64,000 bases of DNA from Polyangia bacterium (GTDB taxonomy: Bacteria; Myxococcota_A; Polyangia; Palsa-1104; JAEUJZ01): contig JAXLYE010000005.1 of assembly GCA_046351595.1 (NCBI GenBank), positions 788,735 to 852,734 on the forward strand, given 5' to 3'. Both the position numbers and the translations under genes were made by a program. Below the pieces are notes generated by a model. The model was given only the letters and a program-made list of their open reading frames with translations. It did no database searches and was not told where the DNA came from. Shown piece by piece: positions 47,151 through 60,943 of the stretch. Position 1 is the stretch's first letter; each line of letters begins with the position of its first letter.

Positions 47151-48221
47151 CTACACGCCCATGCGGAAGTAGTACGTCCAGAACGCCGCGGTCTCGCGCC
47201 CGAGCTGGAACAGGAGCTGCGACGGCCGCGGCAGCTCGCGCACCGGCACCGTGAACACCTGCTGCCCCGCCAGCTGGTACGTCAGCTTGATGCGCGGCAG
47301 GTGGGTGAAGTCGCTGACCACCAGGATGCGCTGCAGCCCGCGCTGCGCGAACAGGGACCGGGTGTTGGCGACCGTGGCCTGGGTGTTCAGCCCCTCGCGA
47401 TCGAGGATCATGTCCTGCGGGCGCACGCCGGTGCGCAGCGCCAGGGCGCGCATGGCCTCGGTCTCGTGCACGGCGCCGTCGCCCGGACCGCCCGAGAAGA
47501 GGAGCAGGCGGGCGTAGCCCTTGTGGTAGAGCTCGCAGCCGGTCAGCACCCGGTTGGCCAGCACCGTCGACGGCGTGCCGTCGGCGTAGGTGCGCGCGCC
47601 GAACACGACGATCGCATCGGCGGCGCGCCGGTAGTCGGTCCGGCCGAAGCAGAAGATCTGCGCGATCGGAAACAGGATTCCCAGAGCCAGGTGGACGGCC
47701 AGGAAGAACACCAGCGGCATGCGAGAGGAGGGCTCGGGGGCCGCTCCAGCCGCGGGACTTTGGGGCGCGCGCAGCAGCGTCCAGGTAAGGAACAGGAGGC
47801 CGGCAAAGACCAGGAGGGAGAAGGGAATGAGCGGCGCGCTGTAGACCAGGTGGCGGCGGAGCAGGACGTAGTAGGTCACGACGTTGCGTCCGGCGAAGAA
47901 CAGGAACAGGAACAAGACGCAGGCCGCGGCCGCCCGGTGCCAGCGCGCGCGCGGCAGCGTCCAGGCGACGGAGAGCAGGCCGAGCGACAGCAGCAGCACG
48001 GCCAGCACGCGCAGCGTGTCGGAAGGTAGGAGGGTGAGGTCAAACCACCACAGGTTGGTGTGGAAGCTGATCACCCCGAAGCCCAGCGTGAGCAGCAGGA
48101 AGAAGCCCAGGAAGAATGCGAAGGTGCGGGCGAGCCACTCGGTGATCAGGCGCGTGCGCGACCGTCCGTCCGTGCCGTCGTGCATCCAGCCGCGCCTGCG
48201 GCCCAGCATGAAACCGATCAT
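47151..48221 (-). CDS. Membrane protein with a C-terminal DUF218 (SanA/YdcF/ElyC-like) domain.
   Basis: An N-terminal multi-TM region is present. The C-terminus reads AIVVFGARTYADGTPS...LLLFSGG...ILVVSDFTHLPR, typical of DUF218. The start is chosen at MIGFML (48221). The ORF is open to 48434. Confidence 0.7.
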   Translation of the reverse strand: MIGFMLGRRRGWMHDGTDGRSRTRLITEWLARTFAFFLGFFLLLTLGFGVISFHTNLWWFDLTLLPSDTLRVLAVLLLSLGLLSVAWTLPRARWHRAAAACVLFLFLFFAGRNVVTYYVLLRRHLVYSAPLIPFSLLVFAGLLFLTWTLLRAPQSPAAGAAPEPSSRMPLVFFLAVHLALGILFPIAQIFCFGRTDYRRAADAIVVFGARTYADGTPSTVLANRVLTGCELYHKGYARLLLFSGGPGDGAVHETEAMRALALRTGVRPQDMILDREGLNTQATVANTRSLFAQRGLQRILVVSDFTHLPRIKLTYQLAGQQVFTVPVRELPRPSQLLFQLGRETAAFWTYYFRMGV

Positions 48222-48384
48222 GCGCCGATCATGCCTGGAATTCCCAGCGGATCGAGTTTCCCCAGGAAGCGGCCAGGCACGTCGCTGAACGCGTCGCTGA
48301 ACGCGTCGCTGAGTGAGTATGAGGCAGCGGACGGAAAGAGTGTCTGGGAGCGGCGCGGGCGCGATAAGATGTGCGCCAATAGGA

Positions 48385-48792
48385 ATGACACAGCCCGTAC
48401 GGAAGAGCGAGGCGCTGGAGTGCTTCCGGCGCATCCGCGGCGATCGCCTGGTCGACCGCTTCTACGAGCTGTTCCTGCACTCGGACGAGCGCATCCGGGC
48501 GTTGTTTGCCGAGACGGACTTTGCGCGCCAGAAGCAGATGCTGCAGCACGGCATCCTGATGCTGCTCAACCACTCGCGCGGCGATGCCATCGGCGGCCTC
48601 GCGCTCAAGCGGCTGGGCCAGCGCCACCACGGCGAGCTCGGTGTCGAGCCGGAGCTCTATAAAAATTTCGTCGAGTGCCTGCTCAAGGCGGCGGCGGAGC
48701 TCGATCCGGAGTGGAGCCCGCGCCTGGAGCGCACCTGGCGCGCCGACCTCGAGCGCGGAATCGGCGAGATGCGGCGGTACGGCGACCGGTAG
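48385..48792 (+). CDS. Globin-like domain protein (sensor/truncated-globin family).
   Basis: Helical pattern RFYELFLHSDERIRALF...QMLQHGILMLL...LKRLGQRHH.ELGVEPELYKNFVECLL with a candidate proximal His. Family assignment is tentative. Confidence 0.5.
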   Translation: MTQPVRKSEALECFRRIRGDRLVDRFYELFLHSDERIRALFAETDFARQKQMLQHGILMLLNHSRGDAIGGLALKRLGQRHHGELGVEPELYKNFVECLLKAAAELDPEWSPRLERTWRADLERGIGEMRRYGDR

Positions 48793-49646
48793 GCGGCGAT
48801 CGGGACCCCGCGCAGGGAAGCGCCGCGCGGCTCTTTGGGACGTGGATCCGGAACCCTTCCGCAGCGCCGCGCGCGTCGGCTTCTGCGACGGAGCCGCGCA
48901 GGGCGGACCTTCAGCACGGTGCCGTCCCGCCGCCGCGCGCGCAGCTCCTGGGTGTCGCCGCTCTTGCGCTCGCCGGTCATAAACTCCTGGAACATGCCGA
49001 GGGAGTGATCGTGCTCCTCGGGCGGCAGGATCTTGCTGAACAGGCGGCCGATGAGCTCCTCGGGGCGGAACCCGAACAGCTCGCAGAAGGCACGGTTGAC
49101 GCTGACGAAGCGGCCGCGCTGATCACACAGGCACAGGCCGACGGCGCAGGTCTCCAGGATCGCGCCGAGCAGCGACTCGCTCTCGCGGTGGGCCCGCTCG
49201 CCGCGCACCCGCTGCGTCACGTCGGCGGCGTGGACCAGCACCAGGGCGCCGCGGTCCTTGACGGTGACGGCCTGCGGCTCGCCCGCTGCCTGCGCGCTCG
49301 TCGCGGCTACAGGCGGGTAGGGGCGGACCAGGAGCTCGAACCAGCGCGGCTGCGAGCCGGGCCGCAGCTCCAGCACCGCGGTCGCGGAGGCGGCACCGGC
49401 AAAGACCTTGCGCAGCGCCTGCTCCAGCGCCTCGGGCAGCGCGCCGCCCTCACCCAGGCCGGGCAGGCCGGCGCGGAAGGCGCGGTTGCGCAGGCACGGG
49501 CGCAGCGTCCCGTCGGCGCCCTGCTCAAACAGGGCGACACAATCGGGGAGCATGTCGAGCAGCGACACGGCCTCCGCGGACAGGACGCCCGGCGGACCGG
49601 AGCCCGGTCCGAGCGGGGCGCTTAAGGGCTCGCTCTGTCCCAGCAT
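48657..49646 (-). CDS. PAS-domain protein (two PAS-like modules). The 3' end is uncertain because the ORF overlaps the globin-like gene.
   Basis: ESLLGAILETCAVGLCLCDQRGRFVSVNRAFCELFGFRPEELIGRLFSKILPPEE is a PAS core. After ...DGTVLKV the frame becomes Arg-rich, so there is possibly a frameshift or an earlier true stop. Confidence 0.5.
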   Translation of the reverse strand: MLGQSEPLSAPLGPGSGPPGVLSAEAVSLLDMLPDCVALFEQGADGTLRPCLRNRAFRAGLPGLGEGGALPEALEQALRKVFAGAASATAVLELRPGSQPRWFELLVRPYPPVAATSAQAAGEPQAVTVKDRGALVLVHAADVTQRVRGERAHRESESLLGAILETCAVGLCLCDQRGRFVSVNRAFCELFGFRPEELIGRLFSKILPPEEHDHSLGMFQEFMTGERKSGDTQELRARRRDGTVLKVRPARLRRRSRRARRCGRVPDPRPKEPRGASLRGVPIAAYRSPYRRISPIPRSRSARQVRSRRGLHSGSSSAAALSRHSTKFL

Positions 49647-49872
49647 TCAGGGAATTCGCTGATTTTAAGGGAATCATCCTCGGCGGGCCTCTGTCAACCG
49701 TCGCATCGGCGCGCCGCGGGTTCCGGGCGGGGGGACTCGGGCCAGGGCGCCGCGGCAAACTTCCCGTGAGCTCTGCGGTTCGTCCTGATTCGGGAGCGGG
49801 ATCACGTGATATATTGAATGGGTTTGGGGAGCGGGGGGCAGGGTCTGCCGGGGCTTTGCTGATGACAGGACC

Positions 49873-51294
49873 ATGGTAGGGAAGACATCCCAGCGCACAC
49901 AGTCCGGGGTGGGGCCGCGCCAGGGGACGAGTTCTGGCACGGGGGCGGGCCTCATCGATCTGCCTGCGCCCAAGCGGGCACCGGCGACGGAGACCTCGGG
50001 GTCGAGCGCCGCGCTGACCGGTCGCGGCGGCGGGGCCGTCGAGCGCCGTGCGCAGCTGCCGGGGGCCGGGGGCTCGGCGGGCAGCTCGCTGACCGGGGCC
50101 GCGGGCGGGCGCGTCGTGACGAGTGATCTGCCGGCGCCGCTGGGACCGCGGCCGCGCAGCCGCAGCAAGAACCCGCGCATGCCCGCACGGATCGACGCCG
50201 GCCCGCGCTCGCAGGTGAACCTGCCGCGCAGCGCGCCGGAGATCGACGCCAGCCTCGAGATCACGGCGGACATGCCGAAGTCGCTGCTCGATCTGGAGCT
50301 GCCGAGTGAGGTGCTGCTGCCGCCGAGCCCGGCGCCCGAGGCGGCCCCGGTACCGAAGCGCGCGCTGGGGGTCGCGCTGAGCCCCGCCGCGGGCACCACC
50401 GGGGCCGCCCTGCCGGCGGTCGCACCGACGGTGAGCCCGGCGGCCCCGGTGGTGCCCGCGATCGTTCCGCCGGCGGCGGCAGCGGCGCCGCGCGAGGCGA
50501 CGGTGTCGGGGCTGGCGCTCGCGCCGGTGGCGGTGCTGCCGACCGCGGGCGCGCCGGGTGGAGCAAGGGGCAGCGCGGCGGCGGGGCCGGACCCCGGGGC
50601 CGCGGCGGGCGGGGGGCGCGGGTCCAAGCCCGGCCCGTCGCCGGCGGTGCCCGTGGCGCTGCCGCGGACGTCGTCCGAGCCGGTGGCGCTGCCGCCGCCG
50701 CCCGGGACGCCGCTGGTGCTCGGCGCGCTCGGCGACTCGGGCCGCCACCCGGCCCTGGTGGTGCCGTCGGTGCCGTCGGTGCCGTCGGTGCCGTCGGTGC
50801 TGGCGCCTGCGGTGAAGCCTGCGGGCCCCGCGGCCGCGCCGGCGCAGGCTGCGGCCGCCGCGCCTGCGGCCGAGGCGACCGCGCCCGCGGCGCCGCCACC
50901 GTCGGGGTCACCGGGCCCCGCGTCAGCGCCCGCGGCGCCAGCCGCACCGTCCAACGCACCGTCCAGCGCACCTTCCACTGGGCCCGCGGCTCCGCCGGCC
51001 GCGCCGTCTCGCGCCGCCGCACCCGGCTCCGCCTCGGCCGAGACCCTCGACGAGAAGAGCGCCGCGGCGCCGCGCCCGCCGTCGACGGACTCCGAGTCCA
51101 CCGCCGAGCCCAGGCCGTCCGCGGGCAGCGAGCTCTCGGCCAGCGACAGCTCCATCCCCAGCTCCGACACGGCGCAGCAGCGCGCGGCCCTGGCGCCGAG
51201 CGTGGTGCGGCTGCGCGGCCTGCTGATCTTCCTGGCGCTGCTGGTCATCGCGCTGCTCGTCCTGATTGCGCAGAAGACCGGCCTGTTGCCCTGA
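49873..51294 (+). CDS. Pro/Ala/Ser-rich low-complexity protein with a C-terminal TM anchor.
   Basis: Strong GC3 bias in this frame. It ends with LLIFLALLVIALLVLIA followed by a stop. It contains a 9-bp tandem repeat (gtgccgtcg x4, VPSVPSVPS) at 50761-50799. The antisense 683-aa ORF is Gly/Arg-rich. Confidence 0.5.
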   Translation: MVGKTSQRTQSGVGPRQGTSSGTGAGLIDLPAPKRAPATETSGSSAALTGRGGGAVERRAQLPGAGGSAGSSLTGAAGGRVVTSDLPAPLGPRPRSRSKNPRMPARIDAGPRSQVNLPRSAPEIDASLEITADMPKSLLDLELPSEVLLPPSPAPEAAPVPKRALGVALSPAAGTTGAALPAVAPTVSPAAPVVPAIVPPAAAAAPREATVSGLALAPVAVLPTAGAPGGARGSAAAGPDPGAAAGGGRGSKPGPSPAVPVALPRTSSEPVALPPPPGTPLVLGALGDSGRHPALVVPSVPSVPSVPSVLAPAVKPAGPAAAPAQAAAAAPAAEATAPAAPPPSGSPGPASAPAAPAAPSNAPSSAPSTGPAAPPAAPSRAAAPGSASAETLDEKSAAAPRPPSTDSESTAEPRPSAGSELSASDSSIPSSDTAQQRAALAPSVVRLRGLLIFLALLVIALLVLIAQKTGLLP

Positions 51295-51418
51295 AGCACA
51301 GCGACGGGACGGGGTGAACGACGCGGCGGGGTCCGGCCGCATCCCGGCCCGCGTGAATGCGCGCAGGCAGTAGCCAGTCTGCTGCAGGGCGCGATACGAT
51401 CGCGAACCGGAGGAGTCC

Positions 51419-52807
51419 ATGACCATCCGTCTCTCTCGGAGCAGGACCGCCGAGCTCCTGGCCCTTCTCGCCGCCACCGCGTCTGTCGGCTCCGCGGTCG
51501 CGGTCGCGGCCAAGCCGGCGGCCAAGGCCAAGCCCGCGCCTGCGGCCAAGGCCAAGGCCGCGCCGGCCGCCGGCAAGCCCGGTGCCCCGGCCGCCCCGGC
51601 GCCGGTCGCGCCCGCCGCCGCGCCCGCCGCCGCGCCCGCCGCTCCGGCCCCGGCCTCGACGCCTGCTCCGGCTCCGGCCCCGGCCGCCCCGACGACAGCG
51701 GCTCCCAGCGCGTCGGCCGCGGCACCTGCCGTCCCGCCGCCGGCTCCGCGCCCGCCGCCGGGCAGCGCCCTGGTCAGCACCTGGGTGCAGGCCGCGGACA
51801 GCAGCGGCTACCAGGACGGCCCGCCGGCCGAGGCGCGCTTCGACGAGGTCGCGGGCGCCGCGGTGATCGGCGACGAGCTGTATCTTAGCGACAGCGGCAA
51901 CGGCGTGATCCGGCGCGTCACCCTGCCAGGCGGTGTGGTTTCGACGCTGACCGGCAAGCAGCGCGACTTCAACACCGTCAACGGCACCCTGGCCGAGTCG
52001 CGCTTCTACAAGCCCGGCCCCCTGGTCGCCGTCGGCAAGACGCTGTACGTCGTGCAGCTTGCCACCGAGCACGGCGGCTCGTGCATCCGCAGCATCGACC
52101 TTGCGGCCGGCCGCACCGCGACGCTGACCGGCAGCTGCCAGCGGCAGGGAAACCTCGACGGCGGCCCCGACACCGCCCTGTTCTCCAGCCCGCGCGCGCT
52201 CGCCACCGACGGGCAGAACCTGTACGTCGGCGACTACGTCCGCGTCCGCGCCGTGTCGCTGGCCACCGGCGCCGTCACCACGCTGGTCGGCGAGGCCGAC
52301 GCGCAGTGCGACTTCGGCCTGCAGCGGATCTGCAAGGGCGGCTGGGTCGACGGCGTCGGCAACGAGGCGCGGCTGTCCGGCATCCGCGCCCTGACGCTAG
52401 CCGGCAGCACCTTGTACATCGCCGACGGCGACGCCATCCGCGCGCTCGATCTGCCGTCGCGCAAGCTGAGCACCGTGATCGGCGCGCAGCGCTCGCAGAA
52501 CAGCGGCAACGACGGCATCGGCGCCAAGGCGGGCCTGACCAGCATCGCCGCGCTCGCGCCCCAGAGCGGCGGCCTGCTCGTGCTGCAGGGCCCGTACTTC
52601 GCCGGCCTGCGCTCCCTCAACCTGGCGAGCAACGCCCTCGTCTCGGTCACCGGCCTGTCGATCCCCGGCTTCGCCCGCGGCAGCCGCGACACCGACGGAC
52701 CCGCGCCCCAGGCCGACTTCAAGAACCCGAAGCTGCTGGTGCCCTACGGCGACCGCGTGCTCGTCATCCACCAGCACGGCCGCGTGCGCGCCTTCGAGAA
52801 GTTCTAG
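51419..52807 (+). CDS. Secreted NHL-repeat beta-propeller protein with an Ala/Pro-rich N-terminal linker.
   Basis: A GGAGGAG RBS and a signal peptide are present. There are repeated units of the form LY.SD..N..IRRV / LYVGD...VRAV / LYIADGDAIRALDL, which are NHL repeats. Confidence 0.7.
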   Translation: MTIRLSRSRTAELLALLAATASVGSAVAVAAKPAAKAKPAPAAKAKAAPAAGKPGAPAAPAPVAPAAAPAAAPAAPAPASTPAPAPAPAAPTTAAPSASAAAPAVPPPAPRPPPGSALVSTWVQAADSSGYQDGPPAEARFDEVAGAAVIGDELYLSDSGNGVIRRVTLPGGVVSTLTGKQRDFNTVNGTLAESRFYKPGPLVAVGKTLYVVQLATEHGGSCIRSIDLAAGRTATLTGSCQRQGNLDGGPDTALFSSPRALATDGQNLYVGDYVRVRAVSLATGAVTTLVGEADAQCDFGLQRICKGGWVDGVGNEARLSGIRALTLAGSTLYIADGDAIRALDLPSRKLSTVIGAQRSQNSGNDGIGAKAGLTSIAALAPQSGGLLVLQGPYFAGLRSLNLASNALVSVTGLSIPGFARGSRDTDGPAPQADFKNPKLLVPYGDRVLVIHQHGRVRAFEKF

Positions 52808-52809
52808 GC

Positions 52810-53559
52810 TCACTCGATCAGCAGCAGCCCGCGCTTCTTCCCCGCGATCGGATCGACCGTGTCCACCGCTTCGTACAGCCGATCGGCGCGCACCAGCCAC
52901 GGCCCGTACTCGCGGTTTACGTCGAGGACCAGCACCAGATCCGCGTCCGGCAGGTAGCCGCCGAGCGGCGCGTGGTGGCCGCCGCCGCGCCCGAACAGCG
53001 GGCCGCGGTGGAAGTTGACGAGGTAGCGGCGCGACGGATCGAACGTGCGGGCGAGGTGGCGCCGGAACTCCGCGCGATCGAGCCCGCGCAGCACCGTGAC
53101 GCGCCGCTCGGTCCTGCTGCGCACAACCTCGGCTAGGCGATCCAGCGTCAGCCCGCCCGGCAGGAGCCCGAGTACCGTGGTGATCCCGGTGCCTTCGAGG
53201 ATGTGCGCCTGATCCGCGGGCTGGCCCAGCGAGCGCAGCAAGGTGACGACGCTGGCCGGGCCGCAGAAGCTGGAGTTCTTCTGCCAGTCGATGCCGCCGC
53301 GCCGGTACTGGGTCGCCACCGGCAGCGCCCACGCCCGCTGCAGCAGCGCCGGATCTTTGTACTCGCGGCTGCGATCGATCGCAGCGACCGGCGCGCAGCT
53401 CTCCCTACCGCGGCGCAGCGCCAGCGCGAGCAGCACGGTGAGCGCGCACAGCACCACGGCGAAGAGCGGCGCCACGACGAGCACGAGCCTGCGGCGGCGC
53501 GCGCGGGGAGCCGCGGCAGGCGGCGGAGCGTCCATGTCCGCAGTATGGATCGCACGCAT
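52810..53559 (-). CDS. Phytochelatin-synthase-like (papain-fold) protein with an N-terminal membrane anchor.
   Basis: FCGPASVVTLLRSLG (catalytic Cys), HHAPLGGY (His) and a downstream Asp match the PCS-like Cys-His-Asp triad. Confidence 0.7.
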   Translation of the reverse strand: MRAIHTADMDAPPPAAAPRARRRRLVLVVAPLFAVVLCALTVLLALALRRGRESCAPVAAIDRSREYKDPALLQRAWALPVATQYRRGGIDWQKNSSFCGPASVVTLLRSLGQPADQAHILEGTGITTVLGLLPGGLTLDRLAEVVRSRTERRVTVLRGLDRAEFRRHLARTFDPSRRYLVNFHRGPLFGRGGGHHAPLGGYLPDADLVLVLDVNREYGPWLVRADRLYEAVDTVDPIAGKKRGLLLIE

Positions 53560-53678
53560 CCGGTACGGAATCGCCTGATTTAGGAATCCTCCTGATGCAA
53601 AAGGAGCCGCAAGGCAGACTCCGTCCGCGTGCAAAGGGAGTACGGGCGCGCGCGCCCCGGACCGTTACTCTTGAGAGT

Positions 53679-55454
53679 ATGGACGACAAGTTCGCCGTCG
53701 CCCGCACGCTGCGAGAGATCGGGCTCCTCCTCGAGCTCAAGGGCGAGAACCGCTTCCGGGCCCGCGCCTACGAGACGGGAGCCCGCGCGCTCGAGGAGCT
53801 GCGCGAGGAGATCCCGACCCTGCTCGCGGAGCACCGCCTGACCGCGCTCCCCGGCATCGGGCCCGCGCTCGCCTCGGTGATCTCGGAGCTTGCGACGACC
53901 GGGCGCTGCTCGCAGCTGGATCGGCTGCGGCAGGAGGTGCCGCGCGGCGCGCTCGAGCTGGCCGAGCTGCCGGGGCTGAACCTGAAGAAGATCCAGCAGC
54001 TCGCGGCGGGCCTGGGCATCGACAGCGTGGCGTCGCTGAAGACGGCGTGCGACACGGGCCGGCTGACCGAGGTCAAGGGCTTCGGGCCCAAGACGCAGCA
54101 GAAGCTGCTCGACAACATCGCGCGCAGGGAGCGGCGCGACGAGCGCGTGGTGCTGGTCGATGCGCTGGCCGAGACCGAGCCGCTGGCCGCGTACCTGCGC
54201 AGCCACGCCGCGGTGCACAGGCTCGAGCGGGCCGGCGCGCTGCGCCGCTGGGCCGAGACCGTGACGGACGCGGAGCTGGTCGCGGCCAGCCCGGAGCCCG
54301 AGACCGTCATCGAGCACCTGCTCGCGTATCCCAAGGTCGTGCGCACCGTGTCGCGGCGGCCGGGCGCGGTGACCGTGCGCCTGTCGAGCGGGCTCTTTGT
54401 CGCGCTGCACGTCGTCGCGCCGAGCGAGCTCGCGGCGGCGCTGTGGCGGCTGACCGGCAGCCCCGAGCACGTGGCGCGGCTGGAGGCGCTGGCCGCGATG
54501 CGCGGCGTCGACCTGGACGCGACGCTCGAGCTGGCGCCCGCGGACGAGCCCAAGGGCGAGCCAGAAGGCGAGTCAAAAGGCGAGTCCAAGGGCGGGTCCA
54601 AAGACGACGTCGAGGCCGTGGAGCGAAGCTTGTACGCGCGGCTCGGCCTGTCCTATATCGCGCCCGAGCTGCGCGAGGATCACGGTGAGATCCAGGCCGC
54701 AGCCGACGGCAGCCTGCCGCAGGATCTGGTCACGCTCGCCGACATCCGCGGCATGACGCACTGCCACACCGTGTACTCGGACGGCAAGCACACCGTCGAA
54801 GAGATGGCGCGCGCGGCCGAGGCCATGGGCATGCAGTACCTGACCATCACCGATCACTCGCCGAGCGCGCACTACGCCGGCGGCGTGCAGCTCGATCGGC
54901 TCAAGCGGCAGTGGGACGAGATCGCGCGCGTGCAGGAGCGCGTGAAGATCCGCCTGCTGCGCGGCACCGAGAGCGACATCCTAGCCGACGGCGCGCTCGA
55001 CTACCCGGACTCCATCCTCGAGAAGCTCGACGTCATCATCGCCAGCATCCACTCGCGCATGAAGATGGACGAGGACGCGATGACGCGGCGGCTGGTGAGC
55101 GCGATGCGCCTGCCGTTCTTCAAGATCTGGGGGCACGCGCTCGGTCGGCTGCTGCTGCGCCGCGAGCCCTTCGCCTGCCGTGTCGAAGAGGTGCTGGACG
55201 CGGTGGCCGAGTCGCGCGCCGCCATCGAGATCAACGGCGATCCGCACCGCCTCGACCTGGCGCCGGAGTGGACGCGCCGGGCGCGCGCGCGCGGCATCCG
55301 CTTCGTCATCTCGACCGACGCGCACTCGATCCATGGCCTTTGCAACCTGCGCTACGGCGTGCACGCGGCGCGGCGCGGCTGGCTGCGGCGCGGCGAGGTC
55401 CTGAACACGCTGGCCGCGGCCGAGTTCGCGGCGGTCGTGAAGCCCACCGGTTGA
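53679..55454 (+). CDS. polX: Family X DNA polymerase with a C-terminal PHP phosphoesterase domain (PolX).
   Basis: N-terminal HhH/8-kDa module (LPGIGPALASVISEL) and a Pol beta-like palm. The C-terminus reads GMTHCHTVYSDG...ITDHS...DAHS, which is a PHP domain. The start at MDDK is placed from the ORF-track frame. Confidence 0.85.
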   Translation: MDDKFAVARTLREIGLLLELKGENRFRARAYETGARALEELREEIPTLLAEHRLTALPGIGPALASVISELATTGRCSQLDRLRQEVPRGALELAELPGLNLKKIQQLAAGLGIDSVASLKTACDTGRLTEVKGFGPKTQQKLLDNIARRERRDERVVLVDALAETEPLAAYLRSHAAVHRLERAGALRRWAETVTDAELVAASPEPETVIEHLLAYPKVVRTVSRRPGAVTVRLSSGLFVALHVVAPSELAAALWRLTGSPEHVARLEALAAMRGVDLDATLELAPADEPKGEPEGESKGESKGGSKDDVEAVERSLYARLGLSYIAPELREDHGEIQAAADGSLPQDLVTLADIRGMTHCHTVYSDGKHTVEEMARAAEAMGMQYLTITDHSPSAHYAGGVQLDRLKRQWDEIARVQERVKIRLLRGTESDILADGALDYPDSILEKLDVIIASIHSRMKMDEDAMTRRLVSAMRLPFFKIWGHALGRLLLRREPFACRVEEVLDAVAESRAAIEINGDPHRLDLAPEWTRRARARGIRFVISTDAHSIHGLCNLRYGVHAARRGWLRRGEVLNTLAAAEFAAVVKPTG

Positions 55455-55673
55455 ACCGGCTGCTGTGCTGCTCCAGCGCACGCCTGTGCTGTTCCGCTAC
55501 AGCCCCGTAACCTTCCCCAGCCAGCGACGGCATCCGGAAGATCTCCGGTTGTGATCGAGGCAATCGGCAGCCACTCCGGAGGATCCGGCGGAAGGGGGCT
55601 CGCGAGGGAGTGAAGACCTTCGGTCCTTGGCACTCCGCCTGCTAATCCCAGCGCAGTGGGAGGGAGTAGACAG

Positions 55674-56711
55674 ATGACCACCTTTGGCTCTCGGGTCCTG
55701 CCCCTGGTCGCGCTGCTGTTGGGCGGCTGCCTGCAGTCGGAACAGCCCGATCCGTCGCGCGCACCCCGGTCGCCGCCGCCGCCGCCGCCGTCATTCTTCA
55801 GCGACGCCGTGGTGACGAACGGCGTTCAGCTCAACGGCGCGCAGCTGAACGGCGTTCAGCTCAACGGCGTACAGCTGAACGGCGTTCAGCTCAATGGCGT
55901 GCAGCTGAACGGCGTTCAGCTCAATGGCGTGCAGCTGAACGGCGTTCAGCTCAACGGCAGCCAGCTCAGCGCCTCGGCGATCGACGGGACCCAGTCGATC
56001 ATGTCGGGCGTGGCGCTCAGCGGCGCGGTCTTCACGCTGACCGTGACCGAGGCCGGCGCGCAGCTCGGCTACGAGCTCAAGCTCGACTCGGTCTACGTCG
56101 ACCCGCTGAACCCGAGCGGCGACGTCTACCTGTATGACGTCTCGTTCCGGCGCCCGGGCGCCACGGCGTGGGCCAGCCTGTGCAAGGACGGCGCGGGCAA
56201 GGCCGTGCCGGCGCTGCTGCTCGCCAACTACTGGGATCCGAGCACCGGCAGCCGGGTCGACGCGCCGGGCGCGATCACGCTGGCCTGCAGCAACGCGGCG
56301 CTGGGCAAGTGCGTGCGCTGGGGCTACCGGCCGTGGGCCACCTCTACGATGTGCTCGGAGGGCGTGTGCCGCACGGTCTCGCTGGCCGATCACCACCAGG
56401 CGTGCACGCGCATGGTGCGCGCCGACTACTGCGGCAACGGCACCGCGCACACCGTCGACGGCACGCCGATCGACGTGTTCGACAACCTGGCGCCGCAGGC
56501 GCAGTCGCGCAGCACCAGCTGGCAGGTCGAGGCGAAGTGGACGCCGCGCGGCGCGACCTGCCTGGGCAAGACGCGGGCGACGCAGCTGCTCGACGAGGCC
56601 AAGTACCCGGACTGCAACGGCGACGGCAAGAAGGACGACTTCAGCAAGTGCGACAACGACGACTACACGCTGTCGCTGCCGAACCTGCTCGGGAACGGGT
56701 TCGACAGGTAG
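55674..56711 (+). CDS. ADYC-domain lipoprotein with an N-terminal pentapeptide-repeat array.
   Basis: A GGGAG RBS is present. LLLGGC is the lipobox. About 10 units of NGVQL follow, then [10 protein letters not shown]...[11 protein letters not shown]. It is a paralogue of 1060..2073. Confidence 0.8.
   Translation: MTTFGSRVLPLVALLLGGCLQSEQPDPSRAPRSPPPPPPSFFSDAVVTNGVQLNGAQLNGVQLNGVQLNGVQLNGVQLNGVQLNGVQLNGVQLNGSQLSASAIDGTQSIMSGVALSGAVFTLTVTEAGAQLGYELKLDSVYVDPLNPSGDVYLYDVSFRRPGATAWASLCKDGAGKAVPALLLANYWDPSTGSRVDAPGAITLACSNAALGKCVRWGYRPWATSTMCSEGVCRTVSLADHHQACTRMVRADYCGNGTAHTVDGTPIDVFDNLAPQAQSRSTSWQVEAKWTPRGATCLGKTRATQLLDEAKYPDCNGDGKKDDFSKCDNDDYTLSLPNLLGNGFDR
55818..55968. repeat. 15-bp tandem repeat (aacggcgttcagctc), about 10 units, encoding pentapeptide repeats NGVQL.
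   Basis: Read directly in the sequence. Units show only synonymous or conservative variation. Confidence 0.7.
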
Positions 56712-56739
56712 CGCGCGCGAGCCGCTCGCGCCCCGGGCG

Positions 56740-60666
<3,927 letters not shown>

Positions 60667-60943
60667 TCGCGCCCTGTCCCCACCTCCGAGCTGCTGCGCG
60701 CGGGCCGCTGCCCCGCAAGAGTGCGGACATTCCGCGCTCTCCCCGTGCTCCCTTATTGTAGGGATCGCCGGCAAGGGTGCGCAACGTCGGAGCGGCGCAC
60801 GCAGACACGTCGCTGCGCGCGGAAGGGGCCGCGGACCGGACGCAGCCCCGACACCCTAAGGGAGAGTCCGGGGGCGCGCAGGGAGAGCCGCCAGGGGACT
60901 GCGGGAATCCCGGAGTCTGGGAGCGGGAGTGGGAGGAACCGCG

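Noticed and set aside
53640-53700. Apparent frame conflict when hand-translating the polX start region.
   Set aside because: The discrepancy is attributable to my misreading of a (cg)n run. The supplied ORF track, computed from the sequence, is internally consistent, so its coordinates were used.
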